A stretch of 64,000 nucleotides of DNA from Prochlorococcus sp. AG-418-O03 (GTDB taxonomy: Bacteria > Cyanobacteriota > Cyanobacteriia > PCC-6307 > Cyanobiaceae), in the NCBI GenBank assembly GCA_003213855.1, contig QCMJ01000001.1, forward strand, positions 88,500-152,499, in the 5' to 3' direction. The position numbers and the translations under genes are program-made. Every line of letters starts with the position of its first letter. Position 1 is the stretch's first letter. The notes beneath the pieces are model-generated. The model worked only from the letters and a program-made list of their open reading frames with translations. It ran no database searches and was not told the origin of the DNA. Shown here piece by piece: positions 33,204-43,142 of this stretch.

Positions 33204-34361
33204 TTAAGAACGAACCTGCACTGGCATAACTAAATAAGTAAAAGAATTGAGATTATCTTCTGGCACAAAAACAGCAGGAGTAGTAGCAATATTACACTTT
33301 AAAAGTACATTTTCAGAAGAAATAACTTTTAAACCTTCTAACAGATATCTAACATTAAATGCAATATCAAAATTTTCTCCTGAATAAGAAACAGGTATTG
33401 CTTCATTTGCATATCCAATATCTTGAGCATCTGCACTAATAGAAGCTAAATCTGTATTATCTAATTTAATCTTTACAACACTACTTTGCTGATCAGCTAA
33501 AACAGCAATTCTTTCTAATGCTTCAATTAATTTTTTTGTATTAAAATTCAGAATTTTAGAAAAAGAATCAGGAATTAATTGTGAATAATTAGGATAAATA
33601 CCTTCGAGGGTTCTTGTAGTAATTATTTGATTAGAAGAAATAAATACTACTTGACCTTTGTCATAAAAAAGCTTTATTGAATTTTCTGAACTTCTCAAAG
33701 ATACTAGTTTTTCAATTTCTCTTAATGATCTAGTTGGAATAGTAACTGACAAATCCCCATCGTTTGTAGATAAGTTTTCTTTATTTTTGATATGTTTTTC
33801 ATTGCCAATTAAAGCAACAGCCAATCTATGACCATCTGTTGAAGCGGACTCTAAATAATTTGGTTTGAATGTAAAATTAACACCTGTGAGTAATTGTTTT
33901 GAATCATCGTTACTACTAGCAAAAATAGTAGATTTTAAAGCCTTTAAAAAAGAACTAGGATCGATATTTAAAGAAGTACCACTTTCAACAAATGGTAAAT
34001 TAGGATATTCATCTGAGGGGATTCCTTTAAGATTAAAAGAACCTCTATCACTTTTTATTAGAATATTATCTAAATTATCTTCAACTTTTAAAGAGACAGG
34101 AGTTTCATTAGGTAGTTTGTTCACTATTTCGGATAAAAGTTTTGAAGGTATAGTAATAGCTCCACTATTTTTCACAGTTCCATCAAAAGAAGTTTGAATT
34201 CCTAAATTAAGGTCAAATCCTGTCATGCTAATTTTATTAGTTACTTCATCAGCTGTTAAAAGTATATTTGCAAGAATTGGATGCGTTGGTCTTGAAGCAA
34301 CTGCTTTGCTTACTAGTTGTATAGCATTATTTAATTCATTTTGATTACAAATAATTTCCAT
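33204..34361 (-). CDS. dnaN: DNA polymerase III beta sliding clamp
   Basis: RPTHPILANI, STDGHRL, YPNYSQLIP, IAFNVRYL, YLVMPVQ. Confidence 0.98.
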   Translation of the reverse strand: MEIICNQNELNNAIQLVSKAVASRPTHPILANILLTADEVTNKISMTGFDLNLGIQTSFDGTVKNSGAITIPSKLLSEIVNKLPNETPVSLKVEDNLDNILIKSDRGSFNLKGIPSDEYPNLPFVESGTSLNIDPSSFLKALKSTIFASSNDDSKQLLTGVNFTFKPNYLESASTDGHRLAVALIGNEKHIKNKENLSTNDGDLSVTIPTRSLREIEKLVSLRSSENSIKLFYDKGQVVFISSNQIITTRTLEGIYPNYSQLIPDSFSKILNFNTKKLIEALERIAVLADQQSSVVKIKLDNTDLASISADAQDIGYANEAIPVSYSGENFDIAFNVRYLLEGLKVISSENVLLKCNIATTPAVFVPEDNLNSFTYLVMPVQVRS

Positions 34362-34698
34362 CGGAATTTGGATTTTTTACAAATACAATATACTTTTTTC
34401 GTAAATTAAATTCAATAAATTAATTTTTTACTCTTTTCTAATATAAATATAAATAATAAAATAAAAAGTTTAGTAGTAGTAGTTTTTGTGGGAACTGTGG
34501 AATTCTTCAATTTAATAGCTTGCCAACAAAGTTTAAGTACACAAAAAAATGTGAAAAAAATTTTTTATTTGTTGAGTAGTTTTTTCTTTTTCTAAAAAAT
34601 TTAAGTTTATTCAACAAATAGGAATACTTTTTATTTATTTTTCAACAAATTGATGTTTATTTTTAATTGATTTCCACAGACACTATTTGTTTTGGATT
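34362..34698. other. oriC: Putative chromosomal replication origin (oriC)
   Basis: 337-bp AT-rich intergenic region upstream of dnaN. Pure A/T tract at about 34439-34467, TAGTAGTAGTAG at 34471-34482, and degenerate DnaA boxes at 34487, 34496, 34550, 34570, 34608, 34639 and 34670. Confidence 0.8.
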
Positions 34699-35802
34699 TT
34701 AATATCCTAATATTTTAGTTATATTTTTTAATGAAGGTTCAATATTTTTTCTGAAAACAGCATCATTGTTTTTTATTGCGCAATCAGGATCTTTCAATCC
34801 ATTTCCAGTAAGAACACAAACAATAGTAGATTCTTTCTGAATTCTATTTTTATTTTTTATCAGCCCAGCAACTGATGCTGCACTAGCAGGTTCACAAAAT
34901 ACTCCCTCTTTGGCAAGAATTTTATAAGCATTGATTATTTCTTTATCTGTAACTGACTGAAAGTCTCCTTTACTTTCCTTCCTTACTTTTTTTGCTTTTT
35001 CTCTATTTACAGGATTTCCAATTCTTATTGCAGTTGCAATTGTTTCAGGATCCTTAACTATTATATTTTTTACTAATGGGGCAGATCCTTCGGACTGAAA
35101 ACCCATCATCAATGGTAATTCTAAATTTCTTTTTATTTTTAAATATTCTTTAAATCCCATCCAGTAAGCAGTTATGTTTCCTGCATTACCCATTGGGATA
35201 CAAAGCCAATCAGGAGCATAACCTAAGTCATCAACTATTTCAAAAGCAGCAGTCTTTTGTCCTTGTATTCGATATGGATTAACAGAATTAACAAGCTCTA
35301 CAGGATGTTCTGATGATAAATCTCTAACAATTTCAAGAGCTTTATCAAAGTTTCCATTAATAGATATTATCTCAGCGCCATACATTAATGCTTGCGCAAG
35401 TTTTCCTTGTGCAACAAATCCTTCTGGGATTAAGACATAAGGTTTTAATCCTCCTCTCGAAGCATATGCAGCAGCAGCAGCAGAGGTGTTTCCAGTACTT
35501 GCACAAATTACTGCTTCACGGCCTTCTTCTTTTGCTTTGCTAATTGCCATAGTCATACCACGATCTTTAAAAGATCCTGTTGGATTAAGGCCGTCATATT
35601 TTAAAAAAACTTTTGTTCCATTTCCAATTAAGTTGCTAATTGACTCGCTTAGAATTAGTGGTGTATTTCCTTCATTGAGGGAAATAATAGGAGTTTTCTT
35701 TGTAACTGGGAGATATTGTTTATAAGCTTCTATTAGACCTGGCCATCTTTGTTTTCTGTAATTAATACGCAGTTTATTTTTGATTTTATTTAATAACACC
35801 AT
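34699..35802 (-). CDS. thrC: Threonine synthase
   Basis: [19 protein letters not shown] lysine, [22 protein letters not shown]. Confidence 0.96.
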   Translation of the reverse strand: MVLLNKIKNKLRINYRKQRWPGLIEAYKQYLPVTKKTPIISLNEGNTPLILSESISNLIGNGTKVFLKYDGLNPTGSFKDRGMTMAISKAKEEGREAVICASTGNTSAAAAAYASRGGLKPYVLIPEGFVAQGKLAQALMYGAEIISINGNFDKALEIVRDLSSEHPVELVNSVNPYRIQGQKTAAFEIVDDLGYAPDWLCIPMGNAGNITAYWMGFKEYLKIKRNLELPLMMGFQSEGSAPLVKNIIVKDPETIATAIRIGNPVNREKAKKVRKESKGDFQSVTDKEIINAYKILAKEGVFCEPASAASVAGLIKNKNRIQKESTIVCVLTGNGLKDPDCAIKNNDAVFRKNIEPSLKNITKILGY

Positions 35803-35808
35803 GGTTGT

Positions 35809-36381
35809 TTAATTTGTTTTGATTTTTTCTAGAGGGGAATTGGTGAAAAAGGTTAATAATTCTGAAATCGATTCTACTTTATTCATAACTTTGCTCAAAG
35901 CGCTGACATCTAAAATTACAGTTTTAGTTGGATATCCTTCAAAAAAATTTATTAGATTTATTTTTCCATCTCCTATCTTAATTCCTTGAATTACGCTTGC
36001 TCTAAGAGCCAGCATGCCTGTTCTTTCATCAGTTGCTCTTGGTGGGTGGATAACAGATGAAAGTCTTGTTAAAAAAACATTTCCTATTTCAGAATATACT
36101 AGTTTGCTTGCAATAGTAATTGGAACTTCAAAATCTTTGTTTAAAACCATTCTAATTTCTTTATCTGGAGACCCGGTTGCTTTAAAAATTCTTTTTAATT
36201 GTCTTGTAGATTTACCTTTTTTAGCAAAAGTTTTCAAAGACTTTACTTTAATTGTTCTAGAAAATATACTGTATGTGATTTTAATTTCTTCAGCAGTATT
36301 AGCTTTTGGAATATTAAAGAATAATTGAGAAATTACTAAAACAAAAAATATTTTAAATATTAAAAATTTATTAGACTTCAT
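35809..36381 (-). CDS. DUF1400-type alpha/beta-hydrolase N-terminal-like exported protein
   Basis: Signal peptide then AEEIKITY; ALRASVI, LINFFEGYP motifs. Confidence 0.72.
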   Translation of the reverse strand: MKSNKFLIFKIFFVLVISQLFFNIPKANTAEEIKITYSIFSRTIKVKSLKTFAKKGKSTRQLKRIFKATGSPDKEIRMVLNKDFEVPITIASKLVYSEIGNVFLTRLSSVIHPPRATDERTGMLALRASVIQGIKIGDGKINLINFFEGYPTKTVILDVSALSKVMNKVESISELLTFFTNSPLEKIKTN

Positions 36382-38238
36382 TTATATATTTGCACCAGCG
36401 GCAATTTTAACAAGTCTTACTACTCCTTTTTCAGTGACTTTTTTTGCAATTTTTATACCCATTTCTTTTGTATAGGGCTCATTTATAAGTCTTGGAACCC
36501 TTTTTAGAAAAATGTCAATCGAATACCCGGGTACTTTTTGTAAAATCTCTAAAAAGTTTCTCAATGGTTCTACATACATTATAAGGTCACTCAAGTTATT
36601 GTTTTCGTTAATAGTGTTTAATTTAATTGATCTTGGAAGATAATTATTCAAATTTTTCAATATTTTTAGACTAAGTAAATCTATTTGATTTGTTAAACCT
36701 TCAACAATCTCATTTCTAAGAAATCCTCCATTTGGAGAAAAGAGAAGATTTATAACTTCGTCTAAAAGTTTTTCTAAATCGAGATTTGTTTGCTTTGCAG
36801 CGTTAGATAGCAGATCTTCTAAACGATCCCATTTAAATTTTTTATTATCAAAAAGCATTTCTTTAAGGCTTTCCCTCAATTGTGGGTCAGGGTCTTCCAT
36901 TAATCTTCTTGCAAAATATGGATAAGCTGCGCCTAATATTTTGAAGTTTGGATCTACGCTTAAAGCTATTCCTTCTAATGTAAGTAAAGACCTAATTATA
37001 AGTGCATAATATGGGGGAAGTCTGAAAGGAAATTTATACATAACACCAGACATATCGTCTGTAACACTCTTAAAATCCATCTTCGAAACTCCTTGTTCAA
37101 CGGCGTTAATGAAAACATCTTGAAATGCTGGAACAATGGGTTCTAGATTAACTTCCTCTGATAAAAATCCTAATTTTACGAAATCTTGAGACAATTTATC
37201 GAAATTTTTATTTACCAAATGTACTACTGCTTGAATTAATCCTGATCTTGAGTCTCTAGAAACCTCGCTCATCATTCCAAAATCTAAATAACACAATCTT
37301 CCATCTTCTAAGGCTAATAAATTACCAGGATGTGGGTCTGCATGAAAAAAACCATGTTCTAAAAGTTGTTCTAAACTGCATTGCACCCCTATATCAATCA
37401 TTTCATCAGGATTAATTCCTAATTTTTTTACGTCTTCTAAATTTGTTAATTTTGTACCTTCTATCCATTCCATTGCTAAAACTCTTCTTGAAGTTATTTC
37501 TTTATAAATTTTTGGTACGGCAATCATTTTGTTATGTTTATGCATATCTCTAAATTTTTCTGCATTTGCAGCTTCGTTTAGATAATCCATCTCTTCAAAA
37601 ACTCTTTTGCCTAATTCATCAATCAAAGCAACTAAATCACTTCTTATTAAACCGATATTGTTTTTTAGCCAATAAGCAATATTTCGCACTATGTAAAGAT
37701 CTAAGGTTATTTGTTCTCTTAAACCTGGTCGTTGTACTTTTATTGCAACAATCTCTTCATTTTTTAATTTAGCTTTATGTACTTGCCCTAGAGAAGCAGC
37801 GGAAATTGGCTTTTTATCAATTTCTAAAAAAATCTCATTAATTTTGTTTCCTAAATCTTCTTCTATTAATTCCATTGCTTTATCGCCATCAAATCCAGGG
37901 AGTTGATCTTGCAATTCAGATAATTCTTCTAGAAGAATTCCCGGAATTATATCTGGTCTTGTTGATAAAGCTTGGCCTGCCTTAACAAATGCAGGTCCAA
38001 GTTCTACCAATAAATTTGTTAATTCTCTTGCTCTAAATCTTGCTTGCTGTTGATTTTTTAATCTTCCAGTTAATTTATCCCATCCAACTGAGAAGATGTA
38101 AGCAAAAATAGGTATGAGTGTCTGCCAAAGTCTTTTTAAAAGTCTTTTAGGATTTTTTTTGTAAATTTTAGAAATCGTTTCTGGATCATAATTTAAGAGT
38201 CCAGATACCTCAATAAAATCAGTAAAATCTTCTTTCAT
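36382..38238 (-). CDS. ABC1/UbiB/AarF-family atypical kinase
   Basis: LGPAFVKAGQALSTRPD, AASLGQVH, VAIKVQRP, FFHADPHPGN, LDFGM. Confidence 0.93.
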   Translation of the reverse strand: MKEDFTDFIEVSGLLNYDPETISKIYKKNPKRLLKRLWQTLIPIFAYIFSVGWDKLTGRLKNQQQARFRARELTNLLVELGPAFVKAGQALSTRPDIIPGILLEELSELQDQLPGFDGDKAMELIEEDLGNKINEIFLEIDKKPISAASLGQVHKAKLKNEEIVAIKVQRPGLREQITLDLYIVRNIAYWLKNNIGLIRSDLVALIDELGKRVFEEMDYLNEAANAEKFRDMHKHNKMIAVPKIYKEITSRRVLAMEWIEGTKLTNLEDVKKLGINPDEMIDIGVQCSLEQLLEHGFFHADPHPGNLLALEDGRLCYLDFGMMSEVSRDSRSGLIQAVVHLVNKNFDKLSQDFVKLGFLSEEVNLEPIVPAFQDVFINAVEQGVSKMDFKSVTDDMSGVMYKFPFRLPPYYALIIRSLLTLEGIALSVDPNFKILGAAYPYFARRLMEDPDPQLRESLKEMLFDNKKFKWDRLEDLLSNAAKQTNLDLEKLLDEVINLLFSPNGGFLRNEIVEGLTNQIDLLSLKILKNLNNYLPRSIKLNTINENNNLSDLIMYVEPLRNFLEILQKVPGYSIDIFLKRVPRLINEPYTKEMGIKIAKKVTEKGVVRLVKIAAGANI

Positions 38239-38306
38239 AAATTTATATATTTAAAACCTTTATTTTTTTAAAAAAGAAGTTAATTTTTTTATATGGCAGA
38301 TTTATC

Positions 38307-39986
38307 ATGTTAATAAAGCTCAAAATTGAAAATATTGCCTTAATAGAGATTATAGAAATTAATTTCGAAAAAGGTTTAAATATCATCACTGGGGATTCAG
38401 GTTCAGGAAAATCATTAATTTTGGACTCTCTAAATGCTTTATTTGGTGGAACTAATCTACCACTAAAAAATTTAATACGCTCAGGAAAAGATTTTTGCGT
38501 TATTGAGGCGATATTTTCTTCTTCTTCTCAAATAAATAATTGGTTAATTAGTAATGGTTTTGAAATAGCTTCTTCAGAACTAAAAATTAAAAGAAAATCT
38601 TATAAAAAAAATAATAAAATCTTAACCAAATATAGCCTTAATGATTTACCAATTAATAGACAATTATTAGAAAAACTTGGAGGATTTTTAATAGATTTTG
38701 CAGGTCAATCTGACACCTTTATTTTTGATACTTTAGATAAGAGGAGATTTATTATTGATGACTTATGTTCCCAAGAATCAAGAGATACTGGCGAAAGGAT
38801 TAAAAATATTTGGGGAGAAATTAAAGTCTTAAAAGGATTAATGGATGAAAAAATAGAATTTTCTAGGAATCAAGAAGAAAAAAACTTGGCAATTAAACAC
38901 ATGTTGAAGAGTTTAGAAGAAGCTGATTTAAATTCCAGTGAAGAAATTTTAGAATTAGAGTTATTAGAAAATAAACTTGTAAATAATCTAGAAATTAATA
39001 ATTCAATTAAATCATCATTGGAAAACTTAAATAATTTCAGTTATGATGAACCCTCAGTGATTTCTTTGATAAATCAATCATTAAAGATTTTAAATAAAAC
39101 GGCAGATTTCGACTTAAAGATTCAAAAATTTAGAGAGAAGTTATTAAATATTTATTCTGATGTTGAAGATTTAGTTTTTGATCTAAATTCATATTTGCAA
39201 GAAATAGAAAATTATGAATCTAATCTTCCAGACATACAAAAAAGATTATTCTTTTTAAAAAACTTAGAGAGAACTTTTTCATTGGATTTACCTCAATTAA
39301 TTGAAAAGCGCGATCAATTAAAAAAGTATTTTCATAAAAATGAACAATGTAATGAGATTGGCAGGATTAAAGCTCAAATTGAAAATTTAAAAAGTAATTT
39401 AAATTCTTTATATGTTATTCAATCAAACGAAAGAAAAAAAATTGCTAAACAGTTGCAAAATTCAGTAATTTCGATTTTAAGAAATTTAGGTTTAAAAAAT
39501 GCAAGTTTTTTAATTCAATTTTCTGAATGCAAGCCTTCTAGCGATGGAATTGACGATATAAATTTTATGTTTTCGGCTAATCCTGATCAGAAGCTTGCTC
39601 CATTATCAAATGTTATTTCCGGCGGAGAAATGTCAAGATTTTTATTAGCTATTAAATCTAGTATTTCTAAAAAACCTAATACTTTCTTTTTAGATGAAAT
39701 TGATAGTGGTTTAAGTGGCAAATCTCTATTTTCTTTAGTTGAGCTGATAAAAGAAATTTCTAAAAATCAACAAGTTTTATGTATTACACATCAGCCATTC
39801 TTAGCTGCTAGGGGATTAGCTCATTTCAAAGTTAATAAAAATGTAATTAATGGAATAACTTATACTTCAATTGCAAAACTAATTACAAAAAATCAAAGAA
39901 AAAATGAACTTATTGAACTTATAGGTGGAGGTTCCTGCGAAGTAAACGAATACGCCTCTAGACTTCTTGACCGCTCAGCTGCGTAA
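38307..39986 (+). CDS. recN: DNA repair protein RecN
   Basis: ITGDSGSGKS Walker A, coiled coil, SANP, SGGEMSR, DEIDSG, ITHQP. Confidence 0.95.
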   Translation: MLIKLKIENIALIEIIEINFEKGLNIITGDSGSGKSLILDSLNALFGGTNLPLKNLIRSGKDFCVIEAIFSSSSQINNWLISNGFEIASSELKIKRKSYKKNNKILTKYSLNDLPINRQLLEKLGGFLIDFAGQSDTFIFDTLDKRRFIIDDLCSQESRDTGERIKNIWGEIKVLKGLMDEKIEFSRNQEEKNLAIKHMLKSLEEADLNSSEEILELELLENKLVNNLEINNSIKSSLENLNNFSYDEPSVISLINQSLKILNKTADFDLKIQKFREKLLNIYSDVEDLVFDLNSYLQEIENYESNLPDIQKRLFFLKNLERTFSLDLPQLIEKRDQLKKYFHKNEQCNEIGRIKAQIENLKSNLNSLYVIQSNERKKIAKQLQNSVISILRNLGLKNASFLIQFSECKPSSDGIDDINFMFSANPDQKLAPLSNVISGGEMSRFLLAIKSSISKKPNTFFLDEIDSGLSGKSLFSLVELIKEISKNQQVLCITHQPFLAARGLAHFKVNKNVINGITYTSIAKLITKNQRKNELIELIGGGSCEVNEYASRLLDRSAA

Positions 39987-40009
39987 AGTAGAAAAAATTC
40001 TACTATAAT
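39987..40009 (+). promoter_or_regulatory. Putative uvrA -10 box overlapped by a 7-bp inverted repeat
   Basis: AGTAGAA-AAAA-TTCTACT (39987-40004) overlapping a perfect TATAAT (40004-40009), 30 nt before the uvrA ATG. Confidence 0.5.
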
Positions 40010-40039
40010 AATTTTTTTAATCATAATTTAGATTTAAAC

Positions 40040-42943
40040 ATGGTTAATAAAGTTGATAGTAGTTTTAGAGAAGATAACTCAATTAATATTAGGGGTGCTC
40101 GTCAGCATAATTTAAAAAATATTGATCTTTCTCTACCTAGGAATAAATTTATAGTTTTTACAGGTGTGAGTGGAAGCGGTAAAAGTTCACTAGCTTTTGA
40201 TACTATTTTTGCTGAAGGTCAAAGAAGATATGTTGAGAGTCTTTCTGCATACGCAAGGCAATTTTTAGGTCAAGTAGATAAACCAGATGTTGATAATATT
40301 GAAGGTTTATCACCTGCTATTTCAATTGATCAAAAATCTACAAGTCATAATCCTCGATCAACAGTTGGAACAGTAACAGAGATACAAGATTATTTAAGAT
40401 TATTGTTTGGTCGTGCTGGAGAGCCTCACTGTCACCACTGCGGGATTCCAATTGCGCCTCAAACAATTGATGAAATGGTTGATCAAATTCTTCTTTTACC
40501 AGAAGGAACAAGGTACCAATTGTTGGCTCCTGTCGTAAGAGGTAAGAAAGGAACACATACAAAATTAATAAGTGGGCTAGCTGCTGAAGGATTTGCTAGG
40601 GTAAGAATCAATGGAGAGGTAAGAGAACTTGCTGATAGTATTGAATTAGATAAAAATCAAATTCATAATATTGAGGTAGTAGTTGATAGATTAATTGCAA
40701 GGGAAGGAATACAGGAAAGATTAAATGATTCTCTACAAACTTGTCTCAAAAGAGGCGATGGCTTAGCAATAGTAGAAGTTGTTCCAAAAAAAGGAGAAAA
40801 TTTACCTTCTAACTTAGAGAGAGAAAAACTTTACTCTGAAAATTATGCATGTCCAGAACATGGCTCTATTGTTGAAGAACTTTCTCCTAGATTATTTTCT
40901 TTTAATAGCCCATATGGTGCCTGTCCAGATTGTCATGGGATTGGTTATTTAAAAAAATTTACTGCGGATAGAGTTATACCTGATAAGACATTACCTGTTT
41001 ATGCTGCAATAGCTCCTTGGAGTGAGAAAGATAATACTTATTACTTTTCTTTACTTTATTCTGTAGGACAAGCTTATGGTTTTGAATTAAAAACTCCTTG
41101 GAAAGATTTAAGTGATTTGCAAAAACAAGTTTTACTTTTGGGATCAGATAAACCAATTTTAATTCAAGCTGATAGTCGTTTTAAAACTTCTAGTGGTTTT
41201 GAAAGACCTTTTGAGGGGATTTTGCCAATATTAGAAAGGCAATTAAATGAAGCCAATGGAGAATCAGTTAAACAAAAATTAGAAAAGTACTTAGAATTAG
41301 TCCCTTGTAAAACATGTTCTGGAAAAAGATTAAGACCTGAGGCTTTGGCTGTTAAACTTGGTCCATACAACATTACAGATTTAACTTCTATAAGCGTTTC
41401 TGAAACCCTAAATCATGTTGAGCGCATAATGGGTTTAGGTAAGACAAAGAAAGAAAATATATCTTTATCAGAAAAACAAAAGCAGATAGGTGAATTGGTT
41501 TTAAAAGAAATTCGTTTACGTTTGAAGTTTTTAATTAATGTAGGTTTAGATTATTTGACATTAGATAGACCAGCTATGACTTTGTCTGGTGGTGAGGCTC
41601 AACGTATTAGATTGGCTACACAAATAGGTGCAGGTCTTACTGGCGTTTTATATGTATTAGATGAACCAAGTATTGGTTTGCATCAGAGAGATAATGACAG
41701 ATTATTAGAAACATTAAAAAGCTTAAGAGACTTGGGAAATACTTTGGTTGTAGTTGAACATGATGAAGATACTATGAAATCCGCAGATTATTTAGTAGAT
41801 ATTGGTCCAGGGGCAGGTGTTTATGGTGGGGAAATTATTGCCAAAGGATCTTATCAAGATGTCTTAAATTCAGAAAAGTCATTAACTGGAGCTTATCTCA
41901 GTGGTAGGAAGTCGATTCCTACTCCAAAAGAACGTAGATCATCTGTAAAAAAAAGTTTAATTTTAAATAATTGCTCTAAAAATAATTTAAAAAATATTTC
42001 TGTTGAATTTCCTTTAGGAAGATTAGTTTCTGTAACTGGTGTAAGTGGAAGCGGGAAGAGCACTTTGATAAATGAATTACTTCATCCTGCATTATGTCAT
42101 TCTCTAGGATTAAAAGTACCTTTTCCTCAAGGTGTAAAAGAGTTAAAGGGTATTAAGGCTATAGATAAAGTTATCGTTATTGATCAATCTCCAATAGGAA
42201 GAACTCCAAGATCCAATCCTGCTACATATACCGGTGCTTTTGATCCTATTAGGCAGATATTTACTGCAACAGTAGAAGCAAAAGCAAGAGGTTATCAGGC
42301 TGGTCAATTTAGCTTTAACGTGAAAGGAGGAAGATGCGAAGCTTGTAAAGGTCAGGGAGTCAATGTTATTGAAATGAATTTTTTACCTGATGTTTATGTT
42401 CAATGTGAAGTATGTAAAGGAGCTCGTTTTAATAGGGAAACTCTTCAAGTGAAATATAAAGGTTTTAATATATCTGATGTTTTAGAGATGACTGTTGAAC
42501 AAGCTGCAGAAACTTTTTCTGCAATACCTCAAGCTGCTGATAGATTATCTACATTGGTAGATGTAGGTTTAGGATATGTCAAATTAGGTCAACCAGCTCC
42601 TACATTATCTGGTGGAGAGGCTCAAAGAGTTAAATTAGCTACGGAATTGTCAAAAAGGGCTACTGGAAAAACCTTATATTTGATTGATGAACCAACTACA
42701 GGGTTAAGTTTTTATGATGTTCATAAATTAATGGATGTGATACAACGTTTGGTCGATAAAGGTAATTCAGTAATTGTTATTGAACATAATTTAGATGTTA
42801 TTAGATGTTCAGATTGGATTATCGATTTAGGACCTGATGGAGGGGATAAAGGAGGAGAAATCATTGCAGAAGGTATTCCTGAGGATGTAGCCAAAAATCC
42901 TACAAGTCATACAGCAAAATATCTTAAAAAGGTTTTAAAATAA
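40040..42943 (+). CDS. uvrA: Excinuclease ABC subunit A
   Basis: Two GVSGSGKS Walker A motifs, two LSGGEAQR signatures, zinc fingers. Confidence 0.98.
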   Translation: MVNKVDSSFREDNSINIRGARQHNLKNIDLSLPRNKFIVFTGVSGSGKSSLAFDTIFAEGQRRYVESLSAYARQFLGQVDKPDVDNIEGLSPAISIDQKSTSHNPRSTVGTVTEIQDYLRLLFGRAGEPHCHHCGIPIAPQTIDEMVDQILLLPEGTRYQLLAPVVRGKKGTHTKLISGLAAEGFARVRINGEVRELADSIELDKNQIHNIEVVVDRLIAREGIQERLNDSLQTCLKRGDGLAIVEVVPKKGENLPSNLEREKLYSENYACPEHGSIVEELSPRLFSFNSPYGACPDCHGIGYLKKFTADRVIPDKTLPVYAAIAPWSEKDNTYYFSLLYSVGQAYGFELKTPWKDLSDLQKQVLLLGSDKPILIQADSRFKTSSGFERPFEGILPILERQLNEANGESVKQKLEKYLELVPCKTCSGKRLRPEALAVKLGPYNITDLTSISVSETLNHVERIMGLGKTKKENISLSEKQKQIGELVLKEIRLRLKFLINVGLDYLTLDRPAMTLSGGEAQRIRLATQIGAGLTGVLYVLDEPSIGLHQRDNDRLLETLKSLRDLGNTLVVVEHDEDTMKSADYLVDIGPGAGVYGGEIIAKGSYQDVLNSEKSLTGAYLSGRKSIPTPKERRSSVKKSLILNNCSKNNLKNISVEFPLGRLVSVTGVSGSGKSTLINELLHPALCHSLGLKVPFPQGVKELKGIKAIDKVIVIDQSPIGRTPRSNPATYTGAFDPIRQIFTATVEAKARGYQAGQFSFNVKGGRCEACKGQGVNVIEMNFLPDVYVQCEVCKGARFNRETLQVKYKGFNISDVLEMTVEQAAETFSAIPQAADRLSTLVDVGLGYVKLGQPAPTLSGGEAQRVKLATELSKRATGKTLYLIDEPTTGLSFYDVHKLMDVIQRLVDKGNSVIVIEHNLDVIRCSDWIIDLGPDGGDKGGEIIAEGIPEDVAKNPTSHTAKYLKKVLK

Positions 42944-43142
42944 AAAACTCTTGTTGTATTTCTTTGTATACTAATTATTTCGTTTAATCCAAATTCTTTT
43001 TTAAAGGGGCATAAAATTAGTCTATAACTGCTTTTTTAAAACTTTTATATAAAAAAAATTTCAAATCATAATGCTTTCTTAATATTTCCTTAGAAAATTC
43101 ATCTTATTTGTATTAAAGACCGTTAATCGGAGGATTTGCTGA

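Noticed and set aside
38239-38306. LexA/SOS box upstream of recN
   Set aside because: No AGTAC-N4-GTACT-like sequence present.
42956-42971. Possible NtcA site upstream of sps (GTA-N8-TAT, or GTA-N10-TAC)
   Set aside because: Wrong half-site or spacing and far from the start codon.
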